This document shows positions 1-8,131 of a stretch of 20,473 bases of DNA, piece after piece. Position numbers and translations under genes: made by a program. Location of the stretch: assembly GCF_003334315.1 (NCBI RefSeq), contig NZ_QOWR01000068.1; one strand, given 5' to 3'. The notes below the pieces were generated by a model. That model was given only the letters and a program-made list of their open reading frames with translations. It made no database searches and was not told where the DNA came from. The stretch comes from Escherichia coli (GTDB taxonomy: Bacteria; Pseudomonadota; Gammaproteobacteria; Enterobacterales; Enterobacteriaceae). Within the stretch, counting starts at the first letter, position 1. Every line of letters begins with the position of its first letter.

Positions 1-149
1 GGTTGAGAAGCGGTGTAAGTGAACTGCAGTTGCCATGTTTTACGGCAGTGAGAGCAGAGATAGCGCTGATGTCCGGCGGTGCTTTTGCCGTTACGCACCA
101 CCCCGTCAGTAGCTGAACAGGAGGGACAGCTGATAGAAACAGAAGCCAC
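1..149 (-). CDS. insA: IS1 protein InsA, N-terminal part (partial, runs off the window)
   Basis: The reverse complement from the GTG at 149-147 translates to [49 protein letters not shown], the InsA N-terminus with its CxxC...CxxC zinc-finger motif. Confidence 0.9.
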   Translation of the reverse strand, partial: MASVSISCPSCSATDGVVRNGKSTAGHQRYLCSHCRKTWQLQFTYTASQ

Positions 150-204
150 TGGAGCACCTAAAAAACACCATCATACACTAAATCAGTAAGTTGGCAGCAT
201 CACC
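1..204 (-). mobile_element. IS1 insertion sequence, left-end portion (IRL plus insA 5' region), truncated by the window edge
   Basis: The reverse complement of 182-204 is GGTGATGCTGCCAACTTACTGAT, the IS1 terminal inverted repeat. The rest of 1-204 matches the IS1 left end as I remember it, with one apparent substitution at about 170 (cctAaaaaa versus cctCaaaaa). The element continues leftward out of the window, so the other end and the target-site duplication cannot be seen. Confidence 0.93.
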
Positions 205-326
205 CGGGTTGTCAGTTCCGATTAGATAGAACCATGTCATCACGGTCAGAATTATGTTGATGGTGAGCGTCAACTTTGACAGGTATTTTGTTAAAAATGA
301 AGAATTCATTTCCTTTCTTGCTTTCC

Positions 327-1265
327 TTATTGGTTTTTCACGTCAAGATTAATTATTGTTGATGCATTTTTCGAAGGTGAGGGGAGACGAATGCCACTCA
401 ACCTGTTAATGATGGATTCGCAGAATACAATGTCATTATCTTTCTGACTTGCATCAAATGCAGATATGCCACCATAACCGTCTGCGAATATCCTGGCATG
501 ACACACCGCATCATTAGCACCATCGATTCCGGAAATGGCTTTTGATAATGCATCCGTAATTATTTTAGTGTCATGCACTAATTCCTTCTTGCTTCGTCCA
601 TCCTGAGTGGCGAATGAGTATTCTTTCTTTACAGTTTCATCACAATATAATGCTGCACTTTCAGGTGAGTACATTCTCAGTTCCAGCCAGCTTGAGCTTG
701 CACTCGAACCGGCGCTATTCACCCATGTCATTAACATGCTTTCTTTTTTGGCTACCCTGACGACGTACACATCCGTAGTATTCGGACCACCCGCTATGGT
801 TGAGCAGATTTTATGAAACTCAATGCCTCTCTTCGTGAGTGATGAGGCAGGATTGAATGTACAATTCTCATTCAGATAACCACCACATTTTGATGGTGCC
901 ATTGATATATATTCAGGGCCGAACTTGGCTGGCATTGACGTTCCAAGGGAAACCTCCCAGCCTAATTCTTTTTTCCTTTTCTCCAACACTGTTGATTTAA
1001 CGCCCATAACATTGATGCGAGCAAATCCAGTGCGGAGTGACATTCCGGAAGCTGTTTGCGTAACACCGTCAGCCCAAACAATATCTGAGTTTGACTGCCA
1101 GTCCCACGACAAGCCGTGACCAGCATCCGGCATTGCTGAATAAACAAAATCACCCAACTCAGAACTGGGCCTTCCCGAAAGAGATTCGGGGGAAATATCT
1201 TCAGCGGATATAGCGTAAGGCGGGAGCATCGCAACCATAACAGATAACAGTATTAATCCTTTCAT
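327..1265 (-). CDS. hypothetical secreted protein (312 aa) with a TolA-domain-III-like C-terminus; function unknown
   Basis: The ORF is open over 327-1334. I prefer the ATG at 1265-1263 because it begins a Sec-type signal peptide, MKGLILLSVMVAMLPPYAISA|EDI, and an AGGA lies 10 nt upstream; the ATG at 1334 has neither. The mature protein has 7 Cys. The last 77 aa or so (CHARIFADGYGG...FCESIINRLSGIRLPSPS) resemble the TolA C-terminal domain pattern. I recognise no family for the N-terminal 230 aa or so. Confidence 0.65.
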   Translation of the reverse strand: MKGLILLSVMVAMLPPYAISAEDISPESLSGRPSSELGDFVYSAMPDAGHGLSWDWQSNSDIVWADGVTQTASGMSLRTGFARINVMGVKSTVLEKRKKELGWEVSLGTSMPAKFGPEYISMAPSKCGGYLNENCTFNPASSLTKRGIEFHKICSTIAGGPNTTDVYVVRVAKKESMLMTWVNSAGSSASSSWLELRMYSPESAALYCDETVKKEYSFATQDGRSKKELVHDTKIITDALSKAISGIDGANDAVCHARIFADGYGGISAFDASQKDNDIVFCESIINRLSGIRLPSPSKNASTIINLDVKNQ

Positions 1266-1584
1266 TTGAATCAGTTCCTGAAGCGAACATTCAGAACATT
1301 CAACAAGCCCAGTGAAGGCCGCAAGACATTTCAACCGTTAGGCGAACCAACCAGACTCAGTACATCCATATTCTGCGAGAACAAGGATGCCCACAAATCA
1401 CTGGATTCTCCCTTGGTTTATGTTGGTGCGCATAATGTATATTATGTTAAATCATGTCTGAGTGATGCGAAGTGCTTTTCTGGTAGTCGTTATTCGTTCA
1501 GGGTTCAAGAACTTAAGCCTCTCCTCTTTCATAATTGGCCTGTGCATGGAGAAATAGCCTGGTTATTCCCTGCCCCATGCTAAG

Positions 1585-1868
1585 AGCGCAGTGTCTGTCG
1601 CATAGACACTGCATACGAAAACACCAGAGGGTGCTGTTACTTATTTAAGGACGGATCAAGCGGGAATGAGTCCACTCCGGTATCAGAAATGGCTACGTCT
1701 CAATGAAGTCAGGCGACCGATGCTGAATGAACATTACGATGTCACCACAGCAGCCTATGCTGTCGGTTACGAAAGCTATCCCATTTCAGTCGGGAATATT
1801 CGCGGATGTTTGGAGAGTCACCCAAGAGAGATATTACCAGGTTAAGAAAGTCTGTCGGACAGCTTTAA
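1585..1868 (+). pseudogene. yneL: AraC/XylS-family (YqhC-like) regulator remnant: C-terminal HTH region only, with an in-frame stop and a frameshift
   Basis: One reading frame gives ...SAVSVA*TLHTKTPEGAVTYLRTDQAGMSPLRYQKWLRLNEVRRPMLNEHYDVTTAAYAVGYES. After a 1-nt frame change at about 1777-1779 it continues SHFSREYSRMFGESPKRDITRLRKSVGQL*, with the stop at 1866-1868. This is the AraC-family dual-HTH signature (MSPLxYQKxLRL...VGYES.S.FSREYxRxFGxxP). There is a TAG at 1603-1605. No N-terminal ligand domain is detectable upstream. The ORF the K-12 yneL annotation most likely corresponds to would be 1666-1845 (59 codons). Confidence 0.75.
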
Positions 1869-2122
1869 TAAACCCTGCACTTATCTGTTTAGAGCAATTC
1901 GGTGTTAGTTTCAGCAAGCAAACATTAACCATAGCTAATGATTTATAGCCATATTAACCATTGGTAGCTCTTGACCTTTCCTGACACTTCCCTTGTTCGC
2001 AATAATATTCTGTTTAGTCACGGTTTATAAATAACATGCATAATGAAATCGTCATGTTATTTAGCGACATAAAATGTTTTTGCAAATACTCTCTTCAACA
2101 AGTGCAGCAATAAACTTGTTGT

Positions 2123-3349
2123 GGAACCAATATCCAGGTCGCAGGATATCGCTATTCTACGCAAGGTTTTTATAACTTATCCGACAGTGCATACAGTCGA
2201 ATGAGTGGTTACACCGTCAAGCCTCCTACCGGAGACAGCAATGAGCAGACACAATTTATTGATTATTTTAATCTGTTCTACAGTAAGCGTGGTCAGGAAC
2301 AAATAAGCATCTCTCAGCAGCTTGGAAATTACGGTACGACATTTTTCAGTGCCAGTCGCCAAAGTTACTGGAACACGTCACGCAGCGACCAGCAAATATC
2401 ATTTGGATTAAATGTGCCGTTTGGTGATATTACGACTTCGCTGAATTACAGCTATTCCAATAATATATGGCAAAACGATCGGGATCATTTACTCGCTTTT
2501 ACGCTTAATGTTCCCTTTAGTCATTGGATGCGTACAGACAGTCAGTCGGCATTTCGTAATTCAAATGCCAGTTACAGTATGTCAAACGATTTGAAAGGCG
2601 GCATGACCAATCTATCGGGGGTTTATGGCACTCTGCTGCCGGATAATAACCTGAATTATAGCGTTCAGGTCGGTAACACCCAAGGGGGTAATACATCGTC
2701 TGGCACCAGTGGTTACAGTTCTCTTAATTATCGTGGAGCTTACGGTAATACGAATGTCGGTTACAGTCGGAGTGGTGACAGCAGCCAGATTTATTACGGA
2801 ATGAGTGGTGGGGTTATTGCTCATGCTGATGGCATCACCTTTGGACAGCCGCTGGGCGACACAATGGTTCTGGTTAAGGCTCCTGGCGCTGATAATGTCA
2901 AAATAGAGAACCAGACCGGAATTCATACCGACTGGCGTGGCTATGCAATATTACCATTTGCGACAGAATATAGAGAAAATCGTGTCGCTCTTAACGCGAA
3001 TTCCCTTGCAGATAATGTTGAACTGGATGAAACCGTAGTCACTGTCATCCCAACTCACGGTGCTATTGCCAGAGCAACATTTAATGCACAAATCGGCGGG
3101 AAAGTATTAATGACGTTGAAGTACGGTAATAAAAGCGTTCCATTCGGTGCAATTGTCACACACGGAGAGAATAAAAATGGCAGCATTGTCGCGGAAAACG
3201 GTCAGGTTTATCTGACTGGACTTCCACAGTCAGGGAAATTACAGGTTTCATGGGGCAAAGATAAAAACTCAAACTGTATTGTCGAGTACAAGCTTCCTGA
3301 AGTTTCTCCTGGTACCTTACTGAACCAGCAGACAGCAATCTGTCGCTAA
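2123..3349 (+). pseudogene. ydeT: fimbrial usher (FimD family), C-terminal half only; 5' half deleted
   Basis: Translation from 2123 gives GTNIQVAGYRYSTQGFYNLSDSAYSRMSGYTVKP..., which matches the mid-region of FimD-type ushers (GYRYST.GY.N..D..YSRM.GY) and continues to the C-terminal domains. An in-frame TAA at 2111-2113 precedes it and no usher N-terminus, plug start or signal peptide is present. The ORF-track ATG at 2201 (382 aa) is an internal Met. Confidence 0.9.
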
Positions 3350-3362
3350 GGAACAATAGATT

Positions 3363-3893
3363 ATGAAATACAATAACATTATTTTCCTCGGTTTATGTCT
3401 GGGGTTAACCACCTATTCTGCTTTATCCGCAGATAGCGTTATTAAAATTAGCGGGCGCGTCCTCGATTATGGCTGCACAGTCTCATCGGATTCGCTTAAT
3501 TTTACCGTAGATCTCCAAAAAAACAGTGCCAGACAATTTCCAACGACCGGTAGCACAAGTCCAGCCGTCCCTTTTCAGATTACGTTAAGTGAATGCAGCA
3601 AAGGGACAACGGGGGTTCGGGTTGCATTTAACGGTATTGAGGATGCAGAAAATAATACTTTGTTGAAACTGGATGAAGGAAGCAATACGGCCTCCGGTTT
3701 GGGTATAGAAATATTGGACGCAAATATGCGTCCGGTGAAACTGAATGATCTTCATGCCGGGATGCAGTGGATCCCACTGGTACCAGAACAGAACAATATT
3801 TTGCCTTACTCCGCTCGTCTGAAGTCAACTCAGAAGTCCGTCAATCCGGGACTGGTGAGGGCTTCGGCAACCTTTACCCTTGAATTTCAATAA
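3363..3893 (+). CDS. ydeS: fimbrial minor subunit (FimF-like), F9/Fml-type operon
   Basis: 176 aa with a signal peptide (MKYNNIIFLGLCLGLTTYSALSA|D), the conserved fimbrial Cys pair (DYGCTV ... LSECS) and a C-terminal beta-strand ATFTLEFQ. AAGGA lies upstream and the gene is tightly spaced after the usher fragment. Confidence 0.9.
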   Translation: MKYNNIIFLGLCLGLTTYSALSADSVIKISGRVLDYGCTVSSDSLNFTVDLQKNSARQFPTTGSTSPAVPFQITLSECSKGTTGVRVAFNGIEDAENNTLLKLDEGSNTASGLGIEILDANMRPVKLNDLHAGMQWIPLVPEQNNILPYSARLKSTQKSVNPGLVRASATFTLEFQ

Positions 3894-3905
3894 TCAGAGT
3901 CAGAT

Positions 3906-4409
3906 ATGAAAAGACTTCACAAGAGGTTCCTGTTAGCTACGTTTTGCGCGTTATTCACAGCAACTCTCCAGGCCGCCGATGTCACTATCACTGTTAATGG
4001 TCGGGTAGTCGCTAAACCCTGCACTATTCAAACCAAAGAAGCTAACGTTAATCTCGGGGATCTTTATACGCGCAATCTGCAACAACCTGGTTCTGCATCT
4101 GGCTGGCACAATATTACTTTGTCATTAACCGATTGTCCGGTTGAAACAAGTGCAGTGACGGCAATCGTGACAGGTTCAACTGACAATACGGGTTATTACA
4201 AAAATGAAGGTACTGCCGAAAATATTCAGATAGAGCTGAGGGATGACCAGGATGCTGCGTTAAAAAATGGCGATAGCAAAACGGTTATTGTTGATGAGAT
4301 CACTCATAATGCACAGTTTCCACTTAAGGCAAGAGCTATCACGGTGAATGGAAACGCAAGCCAGGGAACGATCGAGGCGCTAATCAATGTGATCTACACC
4401 TGGCAATAA
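3906..4409 (+). CDS. ydeR: fimbrial minor subunit (FimG-like), F9/Fml-type operon
   Basis: 167 aa with a signal peptide (…ATLQA|[18 protein letters not shown]), a fimbrial Cys pair (KPC ... LTDC) and the C-terminal strand [10 protein letters not shown]. It starts 12 nt after the ydeS stop. Confidence 0.9.
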
Positions 4410-4467
4410 CGTCGATTCGATTTTCTTAGCCTTCTTTTTAAATCAATTTTTAACCTTAGGATATATC

Positions 4468-5382
4468 ATGGGTAAAACAATCAGTATAAAGGTCCTGTTC
4501 GGTATTTATCTTCTATTAATGGCAGGCAAAGTTTTTGCCTTCAGTTGTAATGTCGATGGCGGGTCAAGTATTGGAGCAGGTACAACCTCTGTTTATGTTA
4601 ATCTCGACCCTGTAATACAGCCGGGCCAGAATCTGGTTGTAGACTTGTCTCAGCATATAAGTTGCTGGAATGATTACGGCGGCTGGTACGACACTGATCA
4701 TATAAACCTGGTACAAGGCTCAGCTTTCGCAGGCTCCCTACAGTCATATAAAGGATCGCTGTACTGGAATAATGTGACCTACCCCTTCCCGTTGACGACA
4801 AATACCAACGTATTGGATATTGGTGATAAGACACCGATGCCATTACCGTTAAAACTCTATATTACCCCAGTTGGGGCGGCCGGTGGAGTTGTCATAAAAG
4901 CGGGGGAAGTCATTGCCCGTATTCATATGTATAAAATTGCAACATTAGGAAGCGGAAATCCGCGTAATTTTACGTGGAATATTATTTCAAATAACAATGT
5001 TGTTATGCCAACAGGCGGCTGCACCGTTGATAGTCGTAATGTCACCGTGGATCTCCCGGACTTTCCTGGAAGCGCAGAAATACCCCTTGGCGTATATTGC
5101 TCAAGCGAACAAAAGCTCTCATTTTATCTTTCGGGTGCCACCACTGACAGTAGCCGACAAGTGTTTGCTAACACAGCACCTGATGCAACAAAAGCATCGG
5201 GAGTGGGTGTCACTCTAATGCGTAATGGAAAAATACTGGCTACGGGAGAAAATGTCTCCCTGGGGACAGTAAATAAAAGCAAAGTACCTCTGGGTTTAAG
5301 CGCAACCTATGGACAAACAGGAAACAAGGTTTCAGCCGGAACCGTCCAGTCAGTCATTGGTGTCACTTTTATCTATGAATAA
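4468..5382 (+). CDS. ydeQ: FimH-like two-domain fimbrial tip adhesin (F9/FmlH orthologue group)
   Basis: 304 aa. After the signal peptide (…GKVFA|FSCNVDGG), long stretches align with FimH as I remember it: VYVNL.PV...[14 protein letters not shown]; [25 protein letters not shown]; VQS(V/I)IGVTF(I/V)Y(E/Q) at the C-terminus. Confidence 0.9.
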
Positions 5383-5454
5383 TTGTGATTTTGACCTTAG
5401 TCTATGCGCTCCATTCACGAAAATTGCGCGGATAATTATTTTGTGAAGGCTATT

Positions 5455-5472
5455 AGCCTACACCTGTAAGAA
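5455..5472 (+). promoter_or_regulatory. EvgA-box-like 18-bp inverted repeat upstream of ydeP
   Basis: AGCCTACACCTGTAAGAA compared with the published EvgA consensus TTCYTACA-NN-TGTARGAA. The right half-site is perfect and the left matches 6 of 8. It lies 244 bp upstream of the ydeP ATG and a TATATT -10 candidate sits at 5508-5513. Confidence 0.6.
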
Positions 5473-5715
5473 AATCCGCGCACAATTGAAGCCAGAGTCT
5501 TATTTTTTATATTGAAAAATATGTTAATTTAAACACTATGAGAGATGATGCTTAACTTATCGTATTTAATCTATTGTTTAACGATAATAGATTAAAAATA
5601 GAAAGAGAGTAGTCCCCTACTCTTATATATCCATGTTGGCGATAATCCCTTTGTATGTACTGTGCATCATCGCTATTACAAATCCTAATAATTCATTTCC
5701 ACACAGGATAAGTAG

Positions 5716-7995
5716 ATGAAGAAAAAAATTGAATCCTACCAGGGTGCTGCAGGTGGTTGGGGTGCTGTTAAATCCGTAGCGAATGCAGTACGTAAGCAGA
5801 TGGATATACGCCAGGATGTTATTGCCATGTTTGACATGAATAAGCCAGAGGGCTTTGACTGTCCGGGTTGTGCATGGCCAGATCCTAAGCACAGTGCGTC
5901 ATTCGACATTTGTGAAAACGGCGCAAAAGCAATCGCCTGGGAAGTCACGGATAAGCAGGTAAACGCCTCTTTCTTTGCTGAGAATACGGTTCAATCATTA
6001 CTTACCTGGGGAGACCACGAGCTTGAGGCTGCGGGGCGACTCACTCAGCCTTTGAAATATGATGCCGTCAGCGACTGTTACAAGCCATTAAGCTGGCAAC
6101 AAGCTTTCGACGAAATTGGCGCACGCCTTCAAAGCTATAGTGATCCCAATCAGGTTGAATTCTATACTTCGGGCCGCACTTCCAATGAAGCTGCCTTTCT
6201 TTATCAGCTTTTTGCCCGTGAATACGGGAGCAATAACTTTCCCGACTGCTCCAACATGTGCCATGAACCGACAAGCGTGGGTTTGGCAGCGAGTATCGGT
6301 GTAGGTAAAGGGACCGTGTTGCTGGAAGACTTTGAGAAGTGCGATTTAGTCATTTGCATTGGGCATAACCCTGGTACAAACCACCCTCGCATGCTGACTT
6401 CGTTGCGCGCTTTAGTGAAACGGGGAGCGAAAATGATCGCCATCAATCCTCTACAGGAACGTGGCCTGGAGCGATTTACCGCACCGCAAAACCCGTTTGA
6501 AATGCTGACGAACTCTGAGACTCAGTTGGCCAGTGCCTACTATAACGTGCGCATTGGTGGCGATATGGCGTTGCTCAAGGGGATGATGCGCCTGTTAATT
6601 GAGCGCGATGATGCTGCAAGCGCCGCAGGTCGGCCTTCATTGCTTGATGACGAGTTTATTCAAACGCATACCGTCGGCTTTGACGAGCTACGCCGTGACG
6701 TTCTCAATTCCGAGTGGAAAGATATCGAACGTATTTCTGGACTAAGTCAGACACAAATCGCCGAACTGGCTGACGCATATGCCGCTGCCGAACGCACCAT
6801 TATCTGTTACGGAATGGGGATCACTCAGCACGAACATGGTACCCAGAACGTACAGCAACTGGTCAATCTGCTGTTGATGAAAGGTAACATTGGCAAGCCT
6901 GGTGCGGGTATCTGCCCACTACGTGGACACTCTAATGTACAGGGCGACCGAACCGTCGGTATCACCGAGAAACCGTCTGCAGAGTTTCTGGCTCGTCTGG
7001 GTGAGCGCTATGGCTTCACCCCACCTCATGCACCTGGACATGCTGCAATTGCCAGCATGCAAGCAATATGTACGGGGCAGGCTCGAGCATTGATCTGCAT
7101 GGGGGGCAATTTTGCGCTGGCAATGCCAGATCGGGAAGCGAGCGCTGTACCGTTAACGCAATTAGATTTGGCGGTACACGTAGCCACTAAGCTTAACCGC
7201 TCTCATCTGTTGACCGCACGGCATAGCTATATTCTGCCGGTCCTGGGACGTAGCGAGATTGACATGCAAAAAAACGGTGCGCAGGCGGTAACCGTTGAGG
7301 ATTCAATGTCGATGATTCATGCCTCGCGTGGCGTGTTAAAACCCGCCGGTGTAATGCTGAAATCAGAGTGTGCAGTGGTCGCGGGAATCGCGCAGGCAGC
7401 ACTACCCCAGAGCGTGGTAGCCTGGGAGTATCTGGTGGAAGATTATGATCGCATTCGCAATGACATTGAAGCTGTGCTGCCAGAGTTCGCCGACTATAAC
7501 CAGCGCATCCGTCATCCCGGTGGTTTTCACCTGATAAATGCAGCTGCTGAAAGGCGCTGGATGACGCCGTCAGGTAAGGCTAATTTCATTACCAGCAAAG
7601 GGCTGTTAGAAGATCCCTCTTCAGCGTTTAACAGTAAGCTGGTCATGGCGACAGTACGCAGCCACGATCAGTACAACACGACGATTTATGGTATGGATGA
7701 TCGCTATCGAGGGGTATTCGGTCAACGAGATGTGGTCTTTATGAGTGCTAAACAAGCTAAAATTTGCCGTGTAAAAAACGGCGAAAGAGTTAATCTTATT
7801 GCGCTTACGCCAGACGGTAAGCGCAGCTCACGCCGCATGGATAGATTAAAAGTGGTCATTTACCCTATGGCTGACCGCTCACTGGTGACCTATTTTCCAG
7901 AATCGAATCACATGCTAACACTTGATAACCACGATCCATTAAGTGGCATTCCTGGCTATAAAAGTATTCCGGTTGAATTAGAACCATCAAATTAA
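5716..7995 (+). CDS. ydeP: molybdopterin (MGD) oxidoreductase of the FdhF/formate-dehydrogenase-like family; EvgA-induced acid-resistance protein
   Basis: 759 aa. It has an N-terminal Fe-S Cys cluster ([10 protein letters not shown]...FDICENG), [10 protein letters not shown] at the position where FdhF carries ARV-U-HGPS (Cys instead of Sec), and a conserved [12 protein letters not shown] segment. The protein matches K-12 YdeP as I remember it. Confidence 0.95.
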   Translation: MKKKIESYQGAAGGWGAVKSVANAVRKQMDIRQDVIAMFDMNKPEGFDCPGCAWPDPKHSASFDICENGAKAIAWEVTDKQVNASFFAENTVQSLLTWGDHELEAAGRLTQPLKYDAVSDCYKPLSWQQAFDEIGARLQSYSDPNQVEFYTSGRTSNEAAFLYQLFAREYGSNNFPDCSNMCHEPTSVGLAASIGVGKGTVLLEDFEKCDLVICIGHNPGTNHPRMLTSLRALVKRGAKMIAINPLQERGLERFTAPQNPFEMLTNSETQLASAYYNVRIGGDMALLKGMMRLLIERDDAASAAGRPSLLDDEFIQTHTVGFDELRRDVLNSEWKDIERISGLSQTQIAELADAYAAAERTIICYGMGITQHEHGTQNVQQLVNLLLMKGNIGKPGAGICPLRGHSNVQGDRTVGITEKPSAEFLARLGERYGFTPPHAPGHAAIASMQAICTGQARALICMGGNFALAMPDREASAVPLTQLDLAVHVATKLNRSHLLTARHSYILPVLGRSEIDMQKNGAQAVTVEDSMSMIHASRGVLKPAGVMLKSECAVVAGIAQAALPQSVVAWEYLVEDYDRIRNDIEAVLPEFADYNQRIRHPGGFHLINAAAERRWMTPSGKANFITSKGLLEDPSSAFNSKLVMATVRSHDQYNTTIYGMDDRYRGVFGQRDVVFMSAKQAKICRVKNGERVNLIALTPDGKRSSRRMDRLKVVIYPMADRSLVTYFPESNHMLTLDNHDPLSGIPGYKSIPVELEPSN

Positions 7996-8008
7996 TGCCT
8001 CTTCTCAT

Positions 8009-8048
8009 TTCTTCTGCTGTCATCCGCACAGCAGAAGAATTCCTCATT
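8009..8048 (+). terminator. intrinsic terminator after ydeP
   Basis: A perfect 12-bp stem, TTCTTCTGCTGT (8009-8020) with ACAGCAGAAGAA (8028-8039), closes a 7-nt loop and is followed by the T-rich tail TTCCTCATT. It starts 14 nt after the ydeP stop. Confidence 0.75.
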
Positions 8049-8113
8049 GACTATTATTTCGCAATTTGCTCACATGGATTAAATTAAACTACATACTATA
8101 AGATATAAACTTC

Positions 8114-8131
8114 TGCCTACAGCTGTAAGAA
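8114..8131 (+). promoter_or_regulatory. EvgA-box-like 18-bp inverted repeat upstream of safA-ydeO
   Basis: TGCCTACAGCTGTAAGAA compared with TTCYTACA-NN-TGTARGAA. The right half-site is perfect and the left matches 6 of 8. It lies 112 bp upstream of the safA ATG. Confidence 0.65.

Noticed and set aside
291-313. AT-rich hairpin AAATGAA/TTCATTT downstream of the 312-aa gene as its terminator (minus strand)
   Set aside because: The 7-bp stem is entirely A/T apart from one G-C pair, the loop is 3 nt and only two U follow. It is too weak to call.
607-1234. Plus- and minus-strand ORFs of 64-90 aa (607-816, 925-1119, 962-1234) inside the 312-aa gene
   Set aside because: They overlap or are antisense to a much longer ORF that has a signal peptide. 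Their translations are low-complexity and they lack start contexts. They are typical shadow ORFs.
1266-1583. 105-aa plus-strand ORF (MNQFLKRTFRT…)
   Set aside because: It begins at a TTG with no Shine-Dalgarno sequence and lies in the divergent region upstream of the 312-aa gene. The sequence has no recognisable domain. At most its 3' end could be further degenerate AraC-family remnant, which I could not substantiate.
1727-1948. 73-aa ORF MNITMSPQQPMLSV…
   Set aside because: It reads the AraC-family remnant out of frame. The conserved HTH residues appear only in the other two frames.
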